Part shown: positions 1 to 10,016 of the stretch, piece after piece
Position numbering within the stretch: the first letter of the stretch is position 1
How the letters are laid out: every line of letters starts with the position of its first letter
NCBI GenBank assembly: GCA_008690995.1
Contig: VRMN01000018.1
Location: 124,001-188,000, forward strand
Length of the DNA: 64,000 nucleotides
Direction of reading: 5' to 3'
Origin: Porphyridium purpureum
Taxonomy: Eukaryota
Program-made: the position numbers and the translations under genes
Notes under the pieces: model-generated
The model's input: the letters and a program-made list of their open reading frames with translations, nothing else
What the model was told of the DNA's origin: nothing
The model's database searches: none

Positions 1-2
1 TT

Positions 3-434
3 GTTCATGCTGTAGCCGGCGTTCTCGTGCGAAGTGCGGATCACAAGTTGCTCTTGGCGCAGCGGCCAGCTGATGCGAAAAGCATGCCGCTTCTTTGGGA
101 GTTTCCTGGAGGAAAGATGGAGGATGGAGAGACGCCTGAGCAGGCACTAGCGAGGGAACTGGACGAAGAGCTGGGGATCACCGTGGACCCTCTCAAGCTC
201 GCCGTGGTCGGGTACGCGTCGCATTCGTACAATCGAACGGACAAGCCGTTCCACCTGTGCATGCCGTTGTACGCAGTTCACGAGTGGCAGGGTATTCCGA
301 GTTCTAAGATAGGGCAGAACCTTGAGTGGGTATCTGAGGATGCATTGGAGCAATATGACATGCCGGCAGCCGACATTCCGCTCATTGCATTCATCCGCAG
401 GTACTTGAACGCTGAGTACCACCCGCGCGAGTGA
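3..434 (+). CDS. mutT: Nudix hydrolase, MutT/8-oxo-dGTPase-like (5'-truncated by the window edge)
   Basis: Nudix box WEFPGGKMEDGETPEQALARELDEELGI; C-terminal MPAADIPLI; frame is open back to the window start (VHAVAGVLV...). Confidence 0.88.
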   Translation, partial: VHAVAGVLVRSADHKLLLAQRPADAKSMPLLWEFPGGKMEDGETPEQALARELDEELGITVDPLKLAVVGYASHSYNRTDKPFHLCMPLYAVHEWQGIPSSKIGQNLEWVSEDALEQYDMPAADIPLIAFIRRYLNAEYHPRE

Positions 435-540
435 AAAACAAGTCTGCACTCGCATCTAAACATACATATACACATGCTGGTAGATCTGGCCTAGTGCCTA
501 GGAAGAGATGGTAAACTTACACATGCTTGCAACATCCACA

Positions 541-1461
541 CTATTCTTGAGCTTGTAGCTCCTGCGCACGCTGCCACGCAACAGCATCGCTGTACTTGAC
601 CTGACCACCAAAGATGTCGAGCGCACTGCCTATGGTTAAATCTACACGTCCCCGCGCAAGCACGCGGACCGCGTCGAGGTCTTCGAGACTCCGCGCCCCG
701 CCGGCGTAGGTAATATCGATGGGGCACGCTTCAGCAAGCAGCTCAACCAAGCCAAGGTCCATGCCGGCGCGAAGTCCCTCGACGTGCGCGGCGTGCACCA
801 AAAACTCGTCGCACGACTCTGCCAGATCGTCAAACGTGTCTCGGCAAAGCTTCATGGACGTCCACTTCTGCCAGCGGTCTGTGCACACATAGTAGTCGCC
901 GTCCCGCTGCTTGCAGCTCAAATCCAACACTAGGCGCTCGCGACCGACGGCAGCCACCATTTGCTTGAGCCGCGAGCGGTCCAGCTGACCGTCTCGAAAC
1001 ACGTACGATGTCACAATGACATGGCTTGCCCCGGCGTCCAGGTACCTAGCTGCGTTTTCCGGACTGATACCACCGCCCACGTGCATTCCGTTCGGAAACG
1101 CGCGCAGCGCGTCTATCGCCGCGTCCTCGTTGCCTGGGCCCAACATAATCACGTGACCACCCGGCAGCGCATCGTCACAATACATCTGCGCATAATGTGA
1201 CGGCGGCAACTCTGTCTCAAAATTTGTTGTGGGGCGCGCACCTCGTTCATCTGTCAGCGTGCCGCCCACAATCTGCTTCACCTTGCCTCCATGCAGATCA
1301 ATACACGGGCGAAACCGCATCACGCGCGGTGCACTTGCACGCCGAGACCCAGACTCAGACACTTGCGCGCGGTTTACGGCACTGCAGCACGCTTCCCCGC
1401 GGCGCCGCACCACGCCATGACCATCCAGAAGCAGCCTGGTCCCCACGTGCACGTACGCCAT
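541..1461 (-). CDS. hisA: ProFAR isomerase (HisA/HIS6/HISN3 type) with plastid-type transit peptide
   Basis: FRPCIDLHGGKVKQIVG, GGHVIMLG, GASHVIVTSYVF, LVLDLSC, DLTIGSALDIFGG; MAYV... Arg/Ser-rich leader. Confidence 0.93.
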   Translation of the reverse strand: MAYVHVGTRLLLDGHGVVRRRGEACCSAVNRAQVSESGSRRASAPRVMRFRPCIDLHGGKVKQIVGGTLTDERGARPTTNFETELPPSHYAQMYCDDALPGGHVIMLGPGNEDAAIDALRAFPNGMHVGGGISPENAARYLDAGASHVIVTSYVFRDGQLDRSRLKQMVAAVGRERLVLDLSCKQRDGDYYVCTDRWQKWTSMKLCRDTFDDLAESCDEFLVHAAHVEGLRAGMDLGLVELLAEACPIDITYAGGARSLEDLDAVRVLARGRVDLTIGSALDIFGGQVKYSDAVAWQRAQELQAQE

Positions 1462-1620
1462 CCTTCCGCGCTACCGCCGCCGCTTCGCCCTCCTCACTTC
1501 CTGCCTCCCGGCCTGTCACGTGTGTGCCCCACTTCCAAATTAACCCGCGATGGAACTTCATACTCAAACACACCCGCTTTATAATACATTTCCAAACCGA
1601 TTCGTCCTTGCTTTTTCCGG

Positions 1621-1680
1621 TTTGGTTTGGTTTGGTTTGGTTTGGTTTGGTTTGGTTTGGTTTGGTTTGGTTTGGTTTGG
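1621..1680 (+). repeat. Perfect (TTTGG)12 pentanucleotide microsatellite
   Basis: 12 exact copies in the hisA/BCAT divergent intergenic region. Confidence 0.97.
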
Positions 1681-1861
1681 ACCGATTGCAGTGTGAAATC
1701 GAACCAACGAACCGAGAAAAAACAGGAAGCCAGTTCCAGTCCGCGTGCGGGTCACACACACAGCGGCGACGGAGCCATCGTGGGGGTGGTGGGAGAGAGA
1801 CGGGTGCTGGGAATAAAGGGTGTGGTGGAAGCACGGAGGGGAGCGCTCGCAGGAAGAGAGG

Positions 1862-3061
1862 ATGGAGGCGCAGCCGTGTTTTGTAGCGGCCAGAACGGTT
1901 GGGGTGGAGCTGGGCGGAGGTTCGATGAACGGGGCGGGTTTGTTGCGGTGCATGCGGCGCGCGGCGGCGTCGCGGTCCGCGCTCGCACCTCGACGGTGGA
2001 TTGTGTCTGCATCCGTGGCCAACTCGACCAAGAGGGAGCCCGGCACACAGCCGATCGACTGGAAGTCGCTGCTGTTCTCGTACGTCCCGACGAGATGCCA
2101 CGTGCAGTACACGTACAAGGACGGCGCGTGGAGCGCGGCGTCGCTCGAGGCCGAGCCGTTTATGCGCGTCCACATTGGCGCCACGGCACTTCATTATGGA
2201 CAGTCGTGCTTTGAAGGGCTCAAGGCGTTCCACTGCCAGGATGGACGTGTGCGCATCTTCCGCGCCGATGAGAATTCGAAGCGCATGACGCGCTCGTCCA
2301 CCAGGCTGTGCATGCCAGAGGTACCCGAGCAACTATTTATCGATGCCGTGCACACGGTCGTGCGTGAAAACATCGACTATGTCCCACCCTACGGCTCGGG
2401 CGGCTCTCTCTACATTAGGCCGCTTCTGTTTGGCTCGGGCCCCAAGATCGGCCTGGCGCCCGCGGACGAGTACACGTTCCTGGTTGTGGTGATGCCTGTT
2501 GGAGACTACTACAAGGGCGGGCTGAGTCCTGTGACCGCGTTTGTGAGCGAGGGTTACGACCGTGCTGCGCCACTGGGAGTCGGAAACGCCAAGGTAGGCG
2601 CGAACTATGCCGCGGACATTTTGCCCAACCAACTTTCCAAGAAGCAGGGCTATCCGATCAATCTGTACCTGGATCCGCTACACCATAGATACATCGAGGA
2701 GTTTGGCACGTCGAACTTTGTGGGGATCAAAGGCTCTGAGTACCTGACGCCAGACTCGCCGTCCATTCTGGCGAGCATAACCAACAAGAGCCTGATGCAA
2801 CTGGCGCCCACAATGGGGCTCGAGGTCGTGCGGCGCAAGATTGATATTGCCGAGGTGAAAGAGATGGACGAAGTGGCGGCGTGCGGCACCGCCGTGGTCA
2901 TCACGCCCGTGTCGCGCGTGGTGTACGGCGACGAGCTGATCAAAGTCGGCCAGGACGCCGACGCGGTCGGGCCGACGTCCGCCAAGCTGTACGCCAAGGT
3001 GCGCGCGATCCAGATGGCCGAGGAGGACGACCCGTTCAACTGGACGCAGGTCGTGGAATAA
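1862..3061 (+). CDS. ilvE: Branched-chain amino acid aminotransferase with organellar leader
   Basis: LHYGQSCFEGLKAF, SLYIRP, PLP lysine in AKVGANYA, EEFGTSN, CGTAVVITPV; first ATG at 1862. Confidence 0.93.
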   Translation: MEAQPCFVAARTVGVELGGGSMNGAGLLRCMRRAAASRSALAPRRWIVSASVANSTKREPGTQPIDWKSLLFSYVPTRCHVQYTYKDGAWSAASLEAEPFMRVHIGATALHYGQSCFEGLKAFHCQDGRVRIFRADENSKRMTRSSTRLCMPEVPEQLFIDAVHTVVRENIDYVPPYGSGGSLYIRPLLFGSGPKIGLAPADEYTFLVVVMPVGDYYKGGLSPVTAFVSEGYDRAAPLGVGNAKVGANYAADILPNQLSKKQGYPINLYLDPLHHRYIEEFGTSNFVGIKGSEYLTPDSPSILASITNKSLMQLAPTMGLEVVRRKIDIAEVKEMDEVAACGTAVVITPVSRVVYGDELIKVGQDADAVGPTSAKLYAKVRAIQMAEEDDPFNWTQVVE

Positions 3062-3359
3062 TTGCGCTCCGAACATCAAAACGTCTCTCTCGTGCGCTTT
3101 TCGCCGTCCCCGTTCTCATACCCTTGCGCTCCCCCGCCTCCCCCCCTCGCCCCCGTCCTCTGTCGGTTCCTCCGCTGAACGCGCACGCCGCGCGCTGTAC
3201 CGCACCGTACAGCGACTGTAAGCAAACTGTACCTTATGTTTTGCGAGCCAGTTGCCACGGCTGCCACGGCTGGCGCTGTTGGTGCTCCAGTGCCTGCGAT
3301 GGCGGCTGCTGCTGATTATTAAACCCGCCCCGCGCGAGTCTCCGAAGCAGCACACGCTG

Positions 3360-3383
3360 ACACACACACACACACACACACAC
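3360..3383 (+). repeat. (CA)n dinucleotide microsatellite
   Basis: Run of CA units upstream of the kinase gene. Confidence 0.85.
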
Positions 3384-3937
3384 GCACAACACACCGACTC
3401 GACAGAAAACATCACCAAAACACCCAAACACCAAAATAGCGGAAACAACCCCCCAAGAAAAAACCACCGTCATTGATGCCGACACGGGCTGGTATCAAAC
3501 TCACGCGTTACGCGACTGATACGTGGTGTTTATAGGTGATTGCGTGTGTTTCAGAGGCGCGCGGTTTTTCACGTGTTTTTTAATCTTTCGCGGGTTCTTT
3601 TTCATGCTTCCGGTGGCAGTGAAGGAGGAAACCGAGTAAGGCGGGGACAGGGCGATGGTGGTGGCAGAGGCGGTGGCGGTGTCAGAAAAAAAAAAGGGGG
3701 GATCGAGCCGCACGCGCACGACACGAGCGGCGGCGGTAAGGTTGACGCGTACGCGCAGCATAGGGACGCGCGAGACAAGGTGCCGCGGGAGCACGGCGTG
3801 TGCGGCTGCGTCGGGTCGTGTGCGCGCGCGCCGCACGCGGTGCGTTAAGGAGGCCGACGCGCGCGCCGCGGGAGCGAATTGGGCGCGCGGGCGATTGCAC
3901 CAGAGGCGCTGCCGTGGCTACCGCCTGAGCCGGAGCG

Positions 3938-5539
3938 ATGGCGGGGAGTACCAAGGGCGCAAAGGTGGGCCCGTACATTCTCACCGATACACTAGGGGTG
4001 GGCGCGTTTGGAAAGGTCAAGCGCGGCCGCCACACGCAGACGGGCGCAGAGGTCGCCGTGAAAATCATGGACAAGGGAGATATTGCGGCAAACGAGTTTG
4101 GCGCCAATGTGAAGCGCGAAATCTTCATCATGCGCACCTTGCACCACCGAAACATCGTCAACTTGCACGAGGTGCTCACATCAAAGACCAAGCTGTACAT
4201 GGTCATGGATCTGGTGCGCGGCGGCGAGCTGTTCGAAAAGATCGAGAAAGAGGGCGAGCTCGATGAACAAACGGCAAGACGCTTCTTTCAGCAGCTCGTG
4301 GACGGACTGGTGCATTGCCACGAGAAGGGCGTATGCCATCGCGACCTCAAGCCGGAAAATCTGCTGATTGACGAAAACAGCGTGCTAAAAATCACCGATT
4401 TTGGCGTGTCGTCCATGCGCGACGCCAGCGCAAGCGGCGCGGATCTGCTGCAAACTTCGTGCGGGACCCCTTACTACGTGGCACCCGAGGTGCTCTTTGC
4501 AAACAAGCGCGGCGGTTACGACGGGTACAAGGCCGACGCGTGGTCATGCGGGGTGATTTTGTTCTTGCTGCTCTCCGGGGAGCTGCCCTTCATGAACGAG
4601 GACATGAACAAACTGTATGATGAAATCAAATCGGCGAAGATTAAGTGGCCCAAGGAAATCAAAGGTGACTCCAAGGCGCTGTGTCAAAAGCTGCTGGAGC
4701 GCGACCCGAGCAAGCGTCTGTCCTTGCAGGAGGTCCGGTCCCAAAAGTGGTTTGTGGTGGATTACGAGAAGAATCTGGCCGAGCTGCAGCGGTACGACAA
4801 GCCGGCGGCCGGAATGAAGAGCCCCTCGCGTTTGTCGGACATTCCGTCGCAGAAGAAAATTGAAATGTCGCAGTCTCAATCTGTTGTCGGCAACGTGGAC
4901 GACGACGACGATGATGACTTGGTTGAGAACGAGCGCGTGGCGATGGATATGCAGCGGCCCGTCGTCGCAGTGGTGGCGAAGGAGAAAGGAGCCAAGCTGG
5001 GTTTGAAAAAGATGTTCAAGCTGAAGAATCAGACAGGGGTAACGCCGCGAGGTGGCGGTGGCGGCGTCGGCGTGGGTCGCAACAGCTCGTTCGAGAGTTT
5101 CCAGGACAGCATGCACAGCTCGCTGAGCTCGCAGAGCATACGGCAGTCGGGCAGCCGGGAGAACATCCAGATGCAGTCGACGGCGTCAAGCGCGCAACAT
5201 ATGACGTCACCAAAATCGAACAAGAACATACGTCCATCAAGCAGTGCGATCGAGATTGAAGGCGCCGAGGAGATCGAGGAAGGGCCCAAGGATCTGCGGG
5301 GCGAGTTTAAAAATAAGGATATGAAGGAGTTTGTGGCGACCGCGCTACCGGGCAAGCCGGATAAGAAACTGGACGAGATCGTAGAGAAACTGTCAAACAT
5401 TGACGTTGATTGCGTGGATGACCTGCAGGTCAAGGTTGAGGAGGTGGCGTCGTCGGCAGAATTCAAAAAGTGGCTTGAGGAACAGGCTGGTATTCCAGAC
5501 ATTTCGGCCGCGCGTATCTCCAAGATGTTTTACAGTTGA
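3938..5539 (+). CDS. SnRK/CIPK-like (CAMK group) Ser/Thr protein kinase
   Basis: LGVGAFGKV, VAVKIMDK, HRDLKPENLL, DFG, TSCGTPYYVAPEVL, DAWSCGVILF; Ser-rich linker and helical C-terminal domain. Confidence 0.92.
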   Translation: MAGSTKGAKVGPYILTDTLGVGAFGKVKRGRHTQTGAEVAVKIMDKGDIAANEFGANVKREIFIMRTLHHRNIVNLHEVLTSKTKLYMVMDLVRGGELFEKIEKEGELDEQTARRFFQQLVDGLVHCHEKGVCHRDLKPENLLIDENSVLKITDFGVSSMRDASASGADLLQTSCGTPYYVAPEVLFANKRGGYDGYKADAWSCGVILFLLLSGELPFMNEDMNKLYDEIKSAKIKWPKEIKGDSKALCQKLLERDPSKRLSLQEVRSQKWFVVDYEKNLAELQRYDKPAAGMKSPSRLSDIPSQKKIEMSQSQSVVGNVDDDDDDDLVENERVAMDMQRPVVAVVAKEKGAKLGLKKMFKLKNQTGVTPRGGGGGVGVGRNSSFESFQDSMHSSLSSQSIRQSGSRENIQMQSTASSAQHMTSPKSNKNIRPSSSAIEIEGAEEIEEGPKDLRGEFKNKDMKEFVATALPGKPDKKLDEIVEKLSNIDVDCVDDLQVKVEEVASSAEFKKWLEEQAGIPDISAARISKMFYS

Positions 5540-5746
5540 GTTCAATGCGCGCTCTGGGTGCGCCTTTACTGACACGAGTAAATGAAATTTGAGACTCACC
5601 GTTTCCCACTTGCGCGACTTCAAGCCCGAGACGACCCAAATGGTGGTTTCCAGGCTGTGGCGCGGTCGCCTTGTGATGCTTGGCGGTCACCCGTCCTTAT
5701 CAAATAAAGCAGAGCTGATCAGGAGCAATGTGTTCCAGGAGCCTTC

Positions 5747-7798
5747 ATGCCACTTGCAGACTGCATGGATGGCATGGCAAGCGGGCGGGCGCGCGTCGCA
5801 CGCGGTGAACCGCGAGAGCGCGGCAATGCAGACGCACAGGTGGACGAGCTCTTGGGGGAGTTGCGCGAGTTTCGTCCGGTGAAGAAGGCTCGCGGGACGC
5901 TATTGCTGCAGCACGCATCCGATGTCCTGGCACCGCGTGAACGTGAGACGCTTCTACGCAGCGTCCATGCCCCGGACATAGCCCTTGTCAAGGAAGGAGG
6001 GGGTGAGCCAGTAGCGAGCCTGAAAGGTGGTGAAGGCGCGGACGAGGTGGGAACGCATGAAGGCGTTCGCGATGAGCGTCAGACACTGATAGAAAAAGTC
6101 GCGCTTGAGGAAGCGCAGATTCTGAGAGAATTGGCCGCTCGGCCTGCGCTGCTCACGGTGAAGGAGCGCGCAGCAGACATTCAGTACAAAGAGCCGATGC
6201 GCGCCTACTGGAAAGCGCCACGCTGTGTGAGAAGGCTGTCTCAGCAGGAGATGGACCGGCGTCGGGCACGGGCAGGCGTGGAGCTGGTGAATGATGATCA
6301 AAGCAATTACGGAAATCATGATCATGATCATCTTGCTCTACCCCCACTGTGTATATCCTTTCGAGAGATGAAGTTCCCGCGCGCGCTCGTCGAGGCTCTG
6401 CGCGACAGGAATGTGCACTCTCCTACGCGCGTGCAGATGCAGGCAATTCCAGCCGCGCTATCCGGGCGTAATTTCATTGCTGTTGCGTCCACTGGCGGCG
6501 GTAAGACACTGGCTTTTGGCATTCCCGTATTGTGCATCGTTTGGAACATGAACTTGGCACTACGAGTCGAGCGCAAAGAAGGCCCCTTCGCTCTGATTCT
6601 GGCACCCTCGCGTGAGCTCGCGAAGCAAACATTTGATGTTCTCAGCTCACTCGCGGAGAGCATTGATCGATACAGTGCGCGACCGCCGCGCTTAAGGGGC
6701 GTGCTGCTTGTAGGAGGGATGCCGCTCGGAGAACAGCTCCAACCTTTGCGCGAGTCTGGCTGCCATTTCGCCGTGGGCACGCCGGGCCGCTTGCATGATG
6801 CACTCAAAAGGAAGCAGATGACACTCGAAGCATGCCGCTTGCTTGTGCTCGACGAAGCGGACCGGCTGATCGATACGAATTTCGAGCAAGACACGCGCAA
6901 TATCCTGGATTTTTTCGTCGCTCAGCGACAGACGCTCATGTTCTCCGCGACCATGGCGCCAAAGCTCGCCCAGTTTGCGTCGAGCTCCATGGTGGCTCCA
7001 CTGCGAATCTTGGCAGACCGTGCCGGTGTCGCGGGGCGGACCATCTCGCAGCACGTCATGGTGCTCGAGTCTGAGGCAGAATTTATGCCGGCGCTGCTTC
7101 TGGCTATACAGGCCACTGCGCCGCCAGTGCTTATCTTTAGTGACTCACCCCGTGTTGTCGATGACGTGCACTTGTTCTTGCTGGAACATGGCATGCGCGC
7201 GTGCTGTGTGCATGGCGGACTCGACCAGCACGAGCGCAACGTTGCCATGGCCAAATTTCGGGCGGGGGAGAAGGACGTGCTTGTCGCCAGTGACGTGGCG
7301 GCCAAGGGTTTAGACTTTGAGCGCATTCGCCACGTGATCAATGTAGGACTTCCGCGAGAAATCGAGAACTATGTCCACCGCATAGGACGGACTGGACGGG
7401 CTGGGAAAAAGGGCCGCGCGACGACGCTGCTCTGCGTAGCGTCATGCAGCTCTGGAGTGTTGCGCGACCTGGTCGAGCTTTTAGTGCAGGCACACCAGCC
7501 CGTTCCTGCTGCCTTGCAGCCTTTCAACACCAGTCTTGAGGATACGACTCGAGCTCACGTCAACCAGGTGCTTCCGGGTCTATCCGGAGGCCATCTCGAC
7601 GACGACGTGCATCTGGACGCCCACACCGACGCACAGCTGGCCAAGGAAGAGATTAACGGCGTGCGCGGGTGTGCTTACTGTGGCGGTCTCGGTCACCGCA
7701 TTGCGCGCTGCGAGCGTCTCCAGCAGCTCGTCGCGCTCGCAGAACGCGCCAATGCACCAGCTGCACACCAGCGCACCGACCAACTGGGAGACTTCTAA
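5747..7798 (+). CDS. DDX41: DEAD-box RNA helicase DDX41/Abstrakt/RH35 with C-terminal zinc knuckle
   Basis: STGGGKT, APSRELA, TPGRL, DEAD, SAT, HRIGRTGR; C-terminal GCAYCGGLGHRIARC typical of Abstrakt; start could also be 5765 or 5774. Confidence 0.88.
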   Translation: MPLADCMDGMASGRARVARGEPRERGNADAQVDELLGELREFRPVKKARGTLLLQHASDVLAPRERETLLRSVHAPDIALVKEGGGEPVASLKGGEGADEVGTHEGVRDERQTLIEKVALEEAQILRELAARPALLTVKERAADIQYKEPMRAYWKAPRCVRRLSQQEMDRRRARAGVELVNDDQSNYGNHDHDHLALPPLCISFREMKFPRALVEALRDRNVHSPTRVQMQAIPAALSGRNFIAVASTGGGKTLAFGIPVLCIVWNMNLALRVERKEGPFALILAPSRELAKQTFDVLSSLAESIDRYSARPPRLRGVLLVGGMPLGEQLQPLRESGCHFAVGTPGRLHDALKRKQMTLEACRLLVLDEADRLIDTNFEQDTRNILDFFVAQRQTLMFSATMAPKLAQFASSSMVAPLRILADRAGVAGRTISQHVMVLESEAEFMPALLLAIQATAPPVLIFSDSPRVVDDVHLFLLEHGMRACCVHGGLDQHERNVAMAKFRAGEKDVLVASDVAAKGLDFERIRHVINVGLPREIENYVHRIGRTGRAGKKGRATTLLCVASCSSGVLRDLVELLVQAHQPVPAALQPFNTSLEDTTRAHVNQVLPGLSGGHLDDDVHLDAHTDAQLAKEEINGVRGCAYCGGLGHRIARCERLQQLVALAERANAPAAHQRTDQLGDF

Positions 7799-8025
7799 GC
7801 GTGGGGCGCTGTACTTTAACAGTACATCCACACCTCGAATTACTTTCTAAATTACATTCACGAATTGCAATCGGATTTACCCGGCGGATCTTGTTGCCGC
7901 GAACGGCTCGAGGCTTGGAGGCAATGGGCGAGGGCGAGAGAGCGAGAGCGGAACGTGAGAGAAGAGAGAGTCGCGACGTGTCGCGGGGTTGGAAAGCCGC
8001 ATCGCTGGCATAGCTACAGAGCGCA

Positions 8026-9498
8026 ATGCAGGACCAAGCGGTGTTTGTCGGCGCCGCTGGCGTGGCCACGGTCGCCGTGTTTTGGATTTTGAAGCGTCTG
8101 ACGGCCGGCAGCAAGCGAGCGCCGTCAAAGTCTGCGCCGGCGGTGACGAAGCTGGCGCGAATGCGCGCGCCACAGGATGGCGCATCCTCAGTGGTGGTTC
8201 CGGCAAAGTTGAAGCCCGTGGGCGTGTACGTGATGATGCCGCTCGATGTGCGCGAATGCGAGCTCGGTACGCTCAAGGCATGGCTGGTCAAGCTCAAGGA
8301 TGCGGGTGTTCGCGGCGTCATGATGGATTTTTGGTGGTCGGCCGTCGAGTCCAAGCCCGAGGTGTACGATTGGACGTGTTATGACCCGATTGTGGAGCTT
8401 TGCGAGCACCTGGGGCTCAAGATGCAGGCCGTCATGAGCTTCCACGTGTGCGGTGAATGTGACGGTGACGGTGCGTTCGTACCGCTTCCCGACTGGATCC
8501 AGCGGTTGAGCGAGGAAGACCCAGATATTCTGTTTTTAGATGAAAAGGGCAACAAGTCCGCAGAGTGCCTGTCGTTTGGCGTCGACCACGAGCGCATCTT
8601 TCCAGGCAAGCGTGGCCCCAAGACGCGCACGGCGATCGACATGTACAAAGGGTTCATGAAGAGTTTTTGCCATCACTACAAGGCGTACCTCTCGAGTACG
8701 ATTGTCGAGGTGCAAGTCGGCATGGGCCCAAGTGGGGAGCTACGCTATCCGTCCTACTCGCTTTCCAAGTGGACTTTTCCCGGCATCGGGATGTTTCAAT
8801 GTTTCGACAAGCGATTGCGCGCAGACTGCCGTTGGAAGACGTGGGCGGACGTTCCAGCAAAAGCTGTTGGCTCGTACAACGATATCCCGGAAGACACGTC
8901 GATGTTTCTGATAGGCACAACGGCAATCAGTGAAAAGGCCAAGCGCTTCTTCTTGACGTGGTACTTTGAACGTATGTACCAGCACGGCTCTGATGTCCTT
9001 CGCGCCGCGAATGATGTTTTCGACTCGAGCACGGGAGTTGTCCTGTCCGGGAAAGTTGCCGGGATTCACTGGTTCAGGAAGCACCCATCGCGCGCGGCCG
9101 AAGCAGTCGCTGGCTACTACTGTACAAAGGAATTTAACGCGTATGAAAAGATCGCCGAGCTGTTCAAGAAGAACAAGACTGTCTTCTTGTTCACCTGCCT
9201 CGAGAAGGCAGACCAGAATGAGTCCCCACACGCTTTAGCGTCCCCTGAAGCGCTTGTTCGCGAGACTTCGGCGTTCTGCGCGAAGCACAGAGTGCTGTAC
9301 GGCGGGGAGAACGCGCTCGAGTTCAAAGACGCGGTATCGTACCAAATGATTCTCGATCAGGTGAATGCGTGCCAGACGCGAGGGGTGGACTTTGTCAGCT
9401 TCACCCTGTTGAGACTGGACGAGACGCTGGTTTCTGGTAAGCACTATGACCTCTTTTGTTCGTTTGTTGCTGAGCTGGGACGGGACTTGAGTGTTTAG
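8026..9498 (+). CDS. Beta-amylase (GH14) with N-terminal hydrophobic anchor
   Basis: VYVMMPLD, GPSGELRYPSY and GENAL (both catalytic Glu present), KVAGIHW, FTCLE. Confidence 0.92.
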   Translation: MQDQAVFVGAAGVATVAVFWILKRLTAGSKRAPSKSAPAVTKLARMRAPQDGASSVVVPAKLKPVGVYVMMPLDVRECELGTLKAWLVKLKDAGVRGVMMDFWWSAVESKPEVYDWTCYDPIVELCEHLGLKMQAVMSFHVCGECDGDGAFVPLPDWIQRLSEEDPDILFLDEKGNKSAECLSFGVDHERIFPGKRGPKTRTAIDMYKGFMKSFCHHYKAYLSSTIVEVQVGMGPSGELRYPSYSLSKWTFPGIGMFQCFDKRLRADCRWKTWADVPAKAVGSYNDIPEDTSMFLIGTTAISEKAKRFFLTWYFERMYQHGSDVLRAANDVFDSSTGVVLSGKVAGIHWFRKHPSRAAEAVAGYYCTKEFNAYEKIAELFKKNKTVFLFTCLEKADQNESPHALASPEALVRETSAFCAKHRVLYGGENALEFKDAVSYQMILDQVNACQTRGVDFVSFTLLRLDETLVSGKHYDLFCSFVAELGRDLSV

Positions 9499-10016
9499 AC
9501 AATTTTCGTCGTCTTTTGGACACCAATAATTTGGATTTTACACCCGACGGAAGGCAAAAGTGAGTCTCTCGGTGAGGATCCCCGCCAGGCTGAATATATT
9601 GTACCTCTCTCTCCTTTTCTCTCTTCTTCTCGTTTTGCAGTGCATTTTACCAGACGGTGCGGAGCGAAATGACGTACGCAAACACGCTCTCAGAGTAAAG
9701 TATTTTCGTGACATGACAAGTTTTTCCGTGACTGAGGAAAGAAAACGCATCATTGTGAAGACAGGTCATAACCCTGCATACACAATACGAGTCGGTCGAA
9801 GCTCACGCGCCTCTGGTAGACGCACCCAAGCATTACGGTGCTAATTTTCCCGATTGACTCATGATTCGAGCCGCTCGCTGGAGATGAAGGCAGGCAGCTC
9901 ACGGTTCACGTTTCAGAAATGGCGCACCGTCAGACAAGGATGGTCCCTGCAGATTGGCACTCCCTCTTCTGGTCCGAAGGGAGGTTTGAAAAAAGAACAA
10001 GAAACATTGCCGTCGT

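Noticed and set aside
1355..2332. ORFs with PNQTK or WFGLV repeats
   Set aside because: Artefacts of translating the (TTTGG)12 microsatellite and the antisense strand of BCAT
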